From an uncultured delta proteobacterium (GTDB taxonomy: Bacteria > Myxococcota_A > Polyangia > Fen-1088): a stretch of 64,000 nucleotides of DNA. Position numbers and translations under genes: made by a program. The DNA lies in assembly GCA_963796685.1 (NCBI GenBank), contig CAWCMR010000012.1, positions 1 to 64,000 of the forward strand. The letters run 5' to 3'. The first letter of the stretch is position 1, and every line of letters starts with the position of its first letter. The notes under the pieces are model-generated. The model saw nothing but the letters and a program-made list of their open reading frames with translations. It was not told the origin of the DNA and made no database searches. Of this stretch, positions 32,090 to 40,209 are shown piece after piece.

Positions 32090-33084
32090 AGCCCTCCCAC
32101 GGATTCCCTGCGCTGCTTGAGTCCTTCTTCGTGGACCATCTCCTGCGCCAGCGTCAAGCAAGTCCACATACAGTGCAGAGCTATCGCGATACCTTCCGCC
32201 TACTGCTGGCCTTCACGAAGCAGCACCTGAAGAAGACTCCCTCGGCGCTCGCACTGGACGACCTCGACACACCAACGATTGGCGCGTTCCTGGATCACAT
32301 CGAGAAGGACCGCGGCAACTCTCCGCGCACCCGCAACGCCAGGCTCGCGGCGATCCACTCCTTCTTCCAGTACGCCGCCCTCCAGGCGCCCGACTACAGC
32401 GCCGTCATCCAGAGGGTTCTGGCCATGCAGGGCAAGAAATACGATCGCGAGCTCGTCCACTTCCTGTCCCGGCCCGAGATCGACGCACTCCTCGAAGCTC
32501 CCGACAAGGCCACATGGTCCGGCCGGCGCGATCGCGCCATGCTCCTTGTGGCCGTTCAGACCGGGCTGCGCGTATCCGAGCTGGCCGCGCTCAACGTGCA
32601 GGACGTGGTCCTCGGACCCGGCGCGTACGTTCACTGCCTCGGCAAGGGCCGCAAGGAACGTTGCACGCCCCTGCGCAAAGAGGCCGTCTCGGTCCTCCGG
32701 GCGTGGCTGCGCGAACGTGCCGCCACCGGGACCGAGCCCCTCTTCCCCAACGCGCGGGGCGGTTTCCTCAGTCGCGACGGCGTCGAGTACCTGCTCGCGA
32801 AACACGTGCAGGTCGCTCGGATCCGCTGCCCCTCGCTGAGGGAGAAGCATGTGTCTCCGCACGTGCTGCGCCACTCGACGGCAATGGATCTCCTTCAAGC
32901 CGGTGTCGACAGCTCGGTGATCGCGCTCTGGCTTGGTCACGAGTCGGTCGAGACCACGCAGATCTACTTCGCTGCCAGTCTCCAGCTCAAAGAGCGAGCG
33001 CTGGCCAAGACAGCACCCTCGGCAGCGCGACCTGCTCGCTTCCACCCCGACGACAAGCTCCTCGCCTTCCTACAGAGCCTTTGA
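32086..33084 (+). CDS. Inner RIT tyrosine recombinase C
   Basis: GTGA overlap. SYRDTFRLLL, TGLRVSEL, GKGRKER, HVLRHSTA, LWLGHES.ETTQIY. Confidence 0.92.
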   Translation: MKPSHGFPALLESFFVDHLLRQRQASPHTVQSYRDTFRLLLAFTKQHLKKTPSALALDDLDTPTIGAFLDHIEKDRGNSPRTRNARLAAIHSFFQYAALQAPDYSAVIQRVLAMQGKKYDRELVHFLSRPEIDALLEAPDKATWSGRRDRAMLLVAVQTGLRVSELAALNVQDVVLGPGAYVHCLGKGRKERCTPLRKEAVSVLRAWLRERAATGTEPLFPNARGGFLSRDGVEYLLAKHVQVARIRCPSLREKHVSPHVLRHSTAMDLLQAGVDSSVIALWLGHESVETTQIYFAASLQLKERALAKTAPSAARPARFHPDDKLLAFLQSL

Positions 33085-33183
33085 TTATGCCGAGTCGCGC
33101 ACGTAAGCGAACCCGAAGTCCCCGTGATTCCTGCATGCAATGGCGGGCAACTCGGCATAACCGGGGACTCGGCATAATGCCGC

Positions 33184-33203
33184 TTATGCCGAGCACGGCA
33201 TAA
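33184..33203. repeat. 20-bp palindromic stub TTATGCCG-AGCA-CGGCATAA at the right junction of the inner RIT
   Basis: Flanked by TGCCGC (33178-33183) and GCGGCA (33204-33209). Confidence 0.9.
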
Positions 33204-33204
33204 G

Positions 33205-33369
33205 CGGCACACGGCTGCGACGCGCATGGTTCGCGCGGGAGCCAGTCTCAAGCAGGTAGCGGATGTCCTTCGCCACCGCAGTCTCGAAACGACTCAGATC
33301 TACGCCAAGCTCGACCTGGCCACGCTGGCTGAGGTCGCGCTGCCTTGGCCCGAGGTGGATCATGAGTAG
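33205..33369 (+). pseudogene. Outer RIT recombinase A, C-terminal remainder
   Basis: RHTAATRMVRAGASLKQVADVLRHRSLETTQIYAKLDL...PWPEVDHE* completes 28683-29782. Confidence 0.88.
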
Positions 33370-34318
33370 CTCACCAACGATGGTGAATCTGGCGCAGGAG
33401 TATCTCACGCTTCGTCGCCAACTTGGTTACGCCCTTGCTACCCCCGGTCAGTCGCTACTGGCATTCGCTCGTTACGCCGACAGCATCAGACACCAAGGTC
33501 CAGTCACCATCGACCTCGCCGTGCGATGGGCAAAACTACCTCAAAAAGCCAAGCCGTGCTGGTGGGCCCGACGGCTACAAATCGTCCGCGGGTTTGCTCA
33601 ACACCGAAGCCTATTCGAGCCAGGCACGGAGATCCCTCCTGCGGATCTACTCGGTCCCTATTTCCGTCGTAGCACGCCGCACATCTACTCGAATGCGGAG
33701 ATCTGCGCTCTGCTTCGTGCGGCCAAGGACCTCGGACCTGCCGGTGGGCTGCGCTGCCACAGCTACGTGACACTGTTTGGTTTGCTCATCAGCAGCGGCC
33801 TGCGGATCTCGGAGGCGTTGCACCTGCAACGCGACGAGGTGGATTTGCGAAGCGGCGTGCTCACCGTGGCGCGCAGCAAGTTCCGCAAATCGCGGCTGGT
33901 CCCGCTACACCCGTCGACGACGCACGCCCTCGCGAAGTACGCCGAACGCCGGAATCGCTACCATCCAGAAGCAACAGCTCGCACCTTCTTCATCAACGAG
34001 CGTGGCGCGCCCATGGGCTATAGCGGTGTGATCGGCACCTTCACGGACCTGCGTTGCCAGCTCGGTTGGACGAAGAACCGGGAAGGGCGACGACCCCGGC
34101 TGCACGACATGCGGCACACGATGGCCGTGCGCACCCTTTTGCGCTGGTGCCAGCAAGGTGCAGACGTGGACCAAAAGATCCTCGCCCTATGCACCTACCT
34201 GGGCCACGTTGAAGTCACCGATACCTACTGGTACTTGACAGCAGTCCCCGAGCTCATGGCGCTCACGGCTGCACGTTTCCAAGCCTACTCGCGCCATCGT
34301 TCGAGGAGGGGCCGATGA
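33362..34318 (+). CDS. Outer RIT tyrosine recombinase B
   Basis: GLRISEA, SKFRKSRLVP, LHDMRHT, YLGH...TYWYL. Confidence 0.9.
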   Translation: MSSSPTMVNLAQEYLTLRRQLGYALATPGQSLLAFARYADSIRHQGPVTIDLAVRWAKLPQKAKPCWWARRLQIVRGFAQHRSLFEPGTEIPPADLLGPYFRRSTPHIYSNAEICALLRAAKDLGPAGGLRCHSYVTLFGLLISSGLRISEALHLQRDEVDLRSGVLTVARSKFRKSRLVPLHPSTTHALAKYAERRNRYHPEATARTFFINERGAPMGYSGVIGTFTDLRCQLGWTKNREGRRPRLHDMRHTMAVRTLLRWCQQGADVDQKILALCTYLGHVEVTDTYWYLTAVPELMALTAARFQAYSRHRSRRGR

Positions 34319-35322
34319 AGGCCAACCCTCTGCCCCCAAGCTTCGCGGCGCTGCTGCAGGACTTCTTCTGCAAGCGCATGATCGCCGAACGCAATTTGAG
34401 CGACCAAACCGTGGCGAGCTATCGCGACACATTTCGGCTTCTATTGAAGTATGCCGAACAGCGGATGAGGAAGCCTCCGGAGGCTCTGACCCTGGCCGAT
34501 CTGGACGCGCCGGTCATCCTCGGCTTTCCCGACCAGCTTCAGAAGGAGCGTGGTAACTCCGCGCGCACGCGCAACCTCCGCCTGGTGGCCGTGCGCTCCT
34601 TTCTTCGTTACGCCTCCTACCGTGCCCCAGCGGCACTCCCGACGATCCAGCGGGTCCTGGCCATTCCGATGAAACGCTTCGACCGACCCCTACTCGGATT
34701 CTTGTCGCACGAACAGATGCAGGCCGTCCTCGATGCACCGGATCGAACAACGTGGAGCGGTCAGCGCGATTACGTCATGTTCTCCACCTTCTACAACACC
34801 GGCGCTCGCGTCTCCGAGATCATTGGCCTGCGCGTGAATGATGTCGAGTTCGACCGCACTGCTGCAGTCCACATTCGGGGCAAGGGCCGCAAGCAGAGAG
34901 TGACCCCGCTCTGGCGGGGCACGGCTCGGCTGCTGCGCGACTGGCTGGTCCGAGCGCATCGAGATGGCGATGCGCCGGTCTTCTCCAATCGTGCCGGTCG
35001 TGCTCTGTCGCGATCAGGTGTTGAGCAACGACTGCGTGTAGCTGTCGCCGTCGCCCAGAAACGCTGCCCTTCGCTGCGGGAACTATCGGTATCTCCTCAC
35101 ACACTCAGACACACCACGGCCATGCATCTGCTCCAATCCGGGGTGGATCTGACCGTCATAGCCTTGTGGCTGGGCCACGAGAGCCCAGAGACAACCCACC
35201 ATTACATCGAAGCCGATCTCACCATGAAGGAGCGTGCCCTTGCTTCACTTCAGGAGCCTCGTGGTCGATCCCTTCGCTATCGCGCCAGCGATCGACTCCT
35301 GGCCTTCCTTGATGGCCTCTAA
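34315..35322 (+). CDS. Outer RIT tyrosine recombinase C
   Basis: SYRDTFRLLL, TGARVSE, GKGRKQR, HTLRHTTA, LWLGHESPETTHHY. Confidence 0.92.
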   Translation: MKANPLPPSFAALLQDFFCKRMIAERNLSDQTVASYRDTFRLLLKYAEQRMRKPPEALTLADLDAPVILGFPDQLQKERGNSARTRNLRLVAVRSFLRYASYRAPAALPTIQRVLAIPMKRFDRPLLGFLSHEQMQAVLDAPDRTTWSGQRDYVMFSTFYNTGARVSEIIGLRVNDVEFDRTAAVHIRGKGRKQRVTPLWRGTARLLRDWLVRAHRDGDAPVFSNRAGRALSRSGVEQRLRVAVAVAQKRCPSLRELSVSPHTLRHTTAMHLLQSGVDLTVIALWLGHESPETTHHYIEADLTMKERALASLQEPRGRSLRYRASDRLLAFLDGL

Positions 35323-35550
35323 CTATGCTGAGTGTTTTCGCTGTACCAGCTGCGTTTGCAGGGGCATTGATGGCGAACTCAGCATAATCCGAAACTCAGC
35401 ATAGGATGGAGCTTACGCCCCTGGGCGCGACGGCGGTTCGCCCAGGACCAGCCCAAGTCGGCTTGTACCCACGAGGTGGCGAACATCAAGGAGATGGTGT
35501 TGGCGCCCGAATACCGCCACGTGAACCGTTCTGAGTCTTCTGGCATATAG

Positions 35551-35576
35551 TCCATTTTACTCATGAGTAAAATGGA
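35551..35576. promoter_or_regulatory. Perfect 26-bp palindrome TCCATTTTACTCATGAGTAAAATGGA, putative operator
   Basis: AT-rich perfect dyad 14 bp upstream of the ATG at 35591. Function is inferred. Confidence 0.6.
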
Positions 35577-35590
35577 GTACTCTCCAAGCC

Positions 35591-36730
35591 ATGCGGAAAC
35601 CAAGATCCCTCAAGCCGGCGGTGGAGAAAGCCCTGGCCGGCGGCAAGATGGTCTTCATCGGTGGCCCCAGGCAAGTGGGCAAGACAACCCTCGCGCTCTC
35701 GCTGCTCGGGCCCCGGGCCACGGAGAGACACCCGGCCTACATGAACTGGGACGATCCGCGTGCGGCGGAACGCCTGCGCCGGGCCGAGTTGCCGCCCGAT
35801 CAGCCGCTGCTCGTCTGCGACGAGGTGCACAAGTACGCACGCTGGCGCAACTTGCTCAAGGGCATCTACGACACCGAGAAGTCCTTCCGTCACATCGTGG
35901 TCACCGGCTCCGCGCGGCTCGACTACTACCGCAAGGGCGGCGACTCGCTCGCCAACCGCTACCGCTATTTCCGCCTGCATCCGTTCTCCCTGCGCGAGCT
36001 CCACCCCGAGCCGACGGCCGCACACCTCGACGACCTGCTGCGCTTCGGCGGCTTCCCCGAGCCACTCTTCGGCCGCGACGCGGACGAGCATCGCATCTGG
36101 CAGCGCGACCGACTGGCGCGTGTCGTGCGCGAGGATCTGCGCGATCTGGAACGGGTGCGCGAGGTGAGCTTGGTCGAGCACCTGGTCGACCTTCTACCTG
36201 AGCGCGTGGGCTCGCCGCTCTCGGTGGCCAACCTGCGGCAGGATCTGGAGGTCGATCACAAAACCGCGGAACGCTGGCTGACGATCCTCGAGCATATGTA
36301 CGTCTGCTTCCGCCTTGCTCCGTTCGGGCCGCCCCGCGTCCGTGCAGTGAAGAAGGAGAAGAAGCTCTACCTCTGGGACTGGTCGGCCGTGGCCGATGCC
36401 GGCGCGCGTTTCCAGAACCTGGTGGCGTGCCAGCTGCTCAAGTACTGCCACGGGCTGGAGGACACCAAGGGCGTACGCATGGAGCTGCGCTTCCTGCGTG
36501 ACACGGATCGGCGCGAGGTCGACTTCGTGGTCCTGCGCGACGGTCGACCGGAATTCGCGGTGGAGTGCAAGAGCGGCGAACGCGCCATCGGCCCCTCGCT
36601 GGGCTACTTCGCCGAACGTGCCCCCATCCCGCGCTTCTTCCAGGTCCATCGCGGCGACCGCCACTACCAGCGTGGCAGGATCACCGTGCTGCCCTTCACT
36701 CGCTTCTGCACCGATCTCGACATGCCCTGA
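35591..36730 (+). CDS. AAA_14 ATPase plus DUF4143 (PD-(D/E)xK-like C-terminus) protein
   Basis: GPRQVGKTT, LVCDEVH, VTGSA, GGFPE, KLYLWD, REVDFV...AVECK. Confidence 0.9.
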   Translation: MRKPRSLKPAVEKALAGGKMVFIGGPRQVGKTTLALSLLGPRATERHPAYMNWDDPRAAERLRRAELPPDQPLLVCDEVHKYARWRNLLKGIYDTEKSFRHIVVTGSARLDYYRKGGDSLANRYRYFRLHPFSLRELHPEPTAAHLDDLLRFGGFPEPLFGRDADEHRIWQRDRLARVVREDLRDLERVREVSLVEHLVDLLPERVGSPLSVANLRQDLEVDHKTAERWLTILEHMYVCFRLAPFGPPRVRAVKKEKKLYLWDWSAVADAGARFQNLVACQLLKYCHGLEDTKGVRMELRFLRDTDRREVDFVVLRDGRPEFAVECKSGERAIGPSLGYFAERAPIPRFFQVHRGDRHYQRGRITVLPFTRFCTDLDMP

Positions 36731-36802
36731 GCAGCGCGGTCGCCAGCAATCGCTCCGCGGGAGGCCGTGGCGGAGGGCGATGCGTGTCGATTGCGCGATC
36801 AG

Positions 36803-36895
36803 CTTACCCAACAGGACATCGAGGCCATGGTCGAGCGCGCGAGTAAACGCATCCTTGGCTTCCTCCAACAGCGCGGGGTCATCAATCTCGCACCG
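36803..36895 (+). pseudogene. Further IS91-like transposase fragment
   Basis: LTQQDIEAMVERASKRILGFLQQRGVI resembles the segment after the HUH/LDG motif in this family (from recall). Confidence 0.4.
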
Positions 36896-37188
36896 TGACC
36901 GCCATCGCACGGCACCGAGGAGGACTTACTTGCCGTTCAATCCTACTGGAGACAGGTGCTCGTCGCGCCAGCGTCAATCACGTCCTGCGTGCATAGGTAC
37001 TCCTCCACAGGCGGGGGCGCGAACGAAGAGGCCCACGCCTGGGAAGTGCCCCGGTATTCGGTCACGCCCAGATTCTGGAGGGACTCGATGTAGTGCCCCA
37101 TTTTCACCACCCAGTTGCCCGTCGGCATGTTGGCCAATCGCCTCGATGTCGCCGTTCGAGGCGCTCGGCTCCAGACTGGACGACACCC

Positions 37189-37986
37189 CTACGGCCGTCG
37201 CAACCCGGTGGCGCCATGGAGAAGCAGGTCGCGAACCGCGCCTCTGCGATCGCGGGCCACCGGAACGCGAAGCTCGCGCGGAGGCTCGTCGCCCACGACC
37301 ACGACGGTATCTCCGTCCTCGTTCTCGATGGCGCGAACGTGCGCGGTGTGCACCAGCCATTGGCGATGGACGCGCAGGAACTCGCCGCCCAGCGACGCTT
37401 CGATGGCCGCCAGCGACAGGTCGATGTCGAAGCGCCCGCGCGCGGTGTGGACAAACATGAGGCGTTCCGCCGCCTCGAAGGCCCACACCTCTTCCCGCGC
37501 AAACAAGACCAGGCCCTTCTTGCTGCGCGCAACGACGCGCTCCGAAACCGCTCGCGGGGCAGTCCGTGCAAGCCGCTGCTGGAGTCGCACCAGGCAGTCC
37601 CTTACCCGATCCTCGTGAATCGGCTTGAGTAGATAGTCCGTCACACCGAGCGCATAGGCCTCGACGGCGTGCTGGGAGAGCGCCGTGGCCAGTACGAAAA
37701 GCGGCGCCCCGGGCGTGCCCGCGAGCGTCCGCACCAGGTGCATACCGGCCTCGTCGGCGTTGTCGCCTTTGGCGTTGCCGAGGTGAATGTCCACGAAGGC
37801 GACGTCGACGGCGATACCGCCGGGAGCCAGGGCCTGCTGCGCCTCCGCGAGCGTGGCCACCGCCGCCACGACCACGGCCTGCCCCGACGCGTGGAGCATC
37901 TCGATCAGGTAGTTGCGCGCGGCCCATTCGTCCTCGACCACGAACGCGCGCAACACGCGCGATGTCAGCTCCATCGGCGCGGCCAT
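37189..37986 (-). CDS. LytTR-family response regulator
   Basis: VVEDE, FVDIHL and DYLLKP receiver motifs. FLRVHR LytTR motif. Confidence 0.9.
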   Translation of the reverse strand: MAAPMELTSRVLRAFVVEDEWAARNYLIEMLHASGQAVVVAAVATLAEAQQALAPGGIAVDVAFVDIHLGNAKGDNADEAGMHLVRTLAGTPGAPLFVLATALSQHAVEAYALGVTDYLLKPIHEDRVRDCLVRLQQRLARTAPRAVSERVVARSKKGLVLFAREEVWAFEAAERLMFVHTARGRFDIDLSLAAIEASLGGEFLRVHRQWLVHTAHVRAIENEDGDTVVVVGDEPPRELRVPVARDRRGAVRDLLLHGATGLRRP

Positions 37987-39014
37987 CAGCCTGCCTCCTG
38001 CGAACGGGGGATCTCGATGGTGGCACGCGTGCCTTCGGACGAGGAGACTAGGGCCAGGGTGGCGCCCGGGTGGGCGACGCGGATGCGTTCGCGAACCATG
38101 CGCAAGCCAAGTCCTTCCTTGGTCCCAGGGGGTATTCCGGGGCCATTGTCCTCGACCACGAGTTGCAGGGCCTTGTCGACGAAACGCGCGCGAACAACCA
38201 CCACGCCTCCCTCATCCCGACATCGCGCGCCGTGCTTGACGGCGTTCTCGATCAAAGGCTGGAGCAGGAGCTTCGGCAGCGCAACGGCGGTAGTCTCCGG
38301 GGCGATATCCCATTCGAAACGGAGAGAGCCGCTGTGCCGCACCTCGAGGATCTCGGCGTAGCGCCGAAGCCATTGGATGTCGGCCTCGAGCGGACGAATT
38401 TCGGGGGACGACTCGAGCGCGTCGCGCAGGAGATCGCCAAGCGCCGCGAGCAGCCGGCGGGCCACGATCGGCTCGTCCACGACGAGGGCGGCGACGGCGT
38501 GGAGGGTATTGAGCAGAAAGTGAGGCTCCAGGCTGGAACGCAGCTGCGCGAGCTCCGCTTCCCGGCGCATGCTTTCGGCGGCGAGGGTGCGGAGCTTTGC
38601 GTCGCGGATGACCGCGGGGAGACGGAAGACGAGCGCCCACAGTCCTCCGACGCCGAGACCGATGGAGATGGCGAGGAGCAACGCACGAAGGTGGTTCAGC
38701 TCGACGTCGTCGTGTAACCGCACCGCGAGCGCGCCAAAGAGCATGGAGACGAGAGCGCCGGCCACGAGCATCACGGTGCGTCCCGCATTCCGATTGCGAA
38801 GCCACCCATACCCAAGCGTCAGAACGGCGGCTTGCAGGACCATGACGGCAGACGGAGTCACGGTGTGGCGCCACGACGTACCTTCGAGGGCGTCACGAAG
38901 GGAGTGGGCGGCGGCGGCGCAGGTCACGGCCCCGAACGCAAGAGCAAGATGCCAGGGACGCTCGGCACTCCTGCCCGACGGACAGTCGGCATCGCTAGCT
39001 CTGTTTCGCGGCAT
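37986..39014 (-). CDS. LytS-type membrane sensor histidine kinase
   Basis: Several TM helices, LEPHFLLNTL, LLQPLIENAVKHG, EDNGPG, GLGL. Start uncertain. Confidence 0.88.
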   Translation of the reverse strand: MPRNRASDADCPSGRSAERPWHLALAFGAVTCAAAAHSLRDALEGTSWRHTVTPSAVMVLQAAVLTLGYGWLRNRNAGRTVMLVAGALVSMLFGALAVRLHDDVELNHLRALLLAISIGLGVGGLWALVFRLPAVIRDAKLRTLAAESMRREAELAQLRSSLEPHFLLNTLHAVAALVVDEPIVARRLLAALGDLLRDALESSPEIRPLEADIQWLRRYAEILEVRHSGSLRFEWDIAPETTAVALPKLLLQPLIENAVKHGARCRDEGGVVVVRARFVDKALQLVVEDNGPGIPPGTKEGLGLRMVRERIRVAHPGATLALVSSSEGTRATIEIPRSQEAG

Positions 39015-39543
39015 CGTCGCAGTGTACCCATGATTCGAGTCCGCGCGCCATTCGGTGCCAGCGGTGCCCCACATGGTGCACGGCCAACACCAGCGCCACC
39101 AGCGCCACGATATGGTGGACCTCGACCACGTGGTGCCGCGCGGGGTACAGCCATCCGAACGGGACCGGGCCCTCGATCGGCGCCGAGCCACTGACGAAGA
39201 ACCAAGCGACGATTCCGGTCAGCGCGGCCGTCCAGAAGGTCCCATACAGAACCAGCTCCGGAACCGCGCGGGCTTGGCTCTTTCGAGCAAAGCCATTGCG
39301 AAGCCGTGACCTGAATGCTCGCCCGTTGAGGATGAGGTGAAGACCGAGAACGGCCACCAGCAGCAGTGCCGGCAGCCGGTGTAGGTTCAGCCAGGCGAGG
39401 CGAGTGAGGCCGAGCGCGGACGTGCGAAAGGCGCCCCCGCCCATGTGGAAGCGGAGGAACAGAACCAGCCCGCTCGCGAATGTCAGGAATGCCGTGGCAA
39501 GGAGGACGACATCGACGAGGAGTCTGAAATGATTGCGGTGCAT
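38995..39543 (-). CDS. DUF4405-like membrane protein
   Basis: SGLVL...WLNLH...LHLILN and TGIV...VHH...HHVGHRW His-bearing TM repeats. Confidence 0.65.
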   Translation of the reverse strand: MHRNHFRLLVDVVLLATAFLTFASGLVLFLRFHMGGGAFRTSALGLTRLAWLNLHRLPALLLVAVLGLHLILNGRAFRSRLRNGFARKSQARAVPELVLYGTFWTAALTGIVAWFFVSGSAPIEGPVPFGWLYPARHHVVEVHHIVALVALVLAVHHVGHRWHRMARGLESWVHCDDAAKQS

Positions 39544-39665
39544 TCCCAGATGGTAGGAGGCTTTGCCGGGAGCTGGGGCGCCTAGCCGACGAGCCGTGCA
39601 TTCCTTCGGACGAACCGGGTGGAATAGGCCCGCAAGGAGGTGACCTGCAGAAGCCTCCGTCGCTC

Positions 39666-39880
39666 TCAGAACTGTCCGCGCAACCATAGGCTGGCGCCGT
39701 CGGGACCGGCCGAGAGCACCGGGACCAGCGAACCGGCCAAGCTATCGTCGCGCTCGTCGCTCCGGGAATCGGCTGGAGCCGCGAGAAGAAGGGTGACCCC
39801 GACGCCCGCCAAGGCTGTTCCGGCGGCGGCGCCGATGATGCCACCCAAACGCAGGTTCTTGTACTTGTCGACCCGATGCG
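39666..39880 (-). pseudogene. Orphan 3' fragment of a myxobacterial membrane protein (PEGA/TPR-type C-terminus)
   Basis: GTALAGVGVTLLL...GASLWLRGQF* with no convincing 5' part. Confidence 0.35.
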
Positions 39881-40209
39881 ATTCAAGACATTTGGCTTGG
39901 GGAGCGCTCGCCGGCCCGGCCGAACCGGCCCCGAGCCTCGGCACGGATGGGAAGCTGTACTGCGGAACCAGTCCTGGCGGCTCGACGCAAGATCCGTTCC
40001 TCCAGCACCGAGGTCGGGCGAGGCATCCAGCTTCTCCAGTCTTGATTCGCCACCCGACGCGAGCAGCACCTTTCCACTCGGCAACAGCGCGGACCGGATC
40101 CGCGCAACGACGAGCGCATCCTCAAAGCCCTGACCGAGACGGGCAAGCTGGTGCCCTGATGGGGCTTGTCCCTCGCCACGGCCTTTCGCTTGCGCGGCTG
40201 CGCCGCAAA

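Larger units (their letters stand above)
29783..33177 (+). mobile_element. Inner RIT element with 28-bp perfect terminal inverted repeats
   Basis: TTATGCCGAGTCCCCGGTTATGCCGAGT (29783-29810) and its reverse complement (33150-33177). Three overlapping tyrosine recombinase genes. Confidence 0.93.
28534..35404 (+). mobile_element. Outer RIT element (recombinase in trio) with 29-bp perfect terminal inverted repeats
   Basis: CTATGCTGAGTTTCGGATTATGCTGAGTT (28534-28562) and its reverse complement (35376-35404). Three tyrosine recombinase genes. Confidence 0.93.

Noticed and set aside
28534-35404. TATGCYGAG repeats as a CRISPR array or integron attC sites
   Set aside because: They are terminal inverted repeats around recombinase trios. 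There is no repeat-spacer periodicity, no cas gene and no IntI-type gene.
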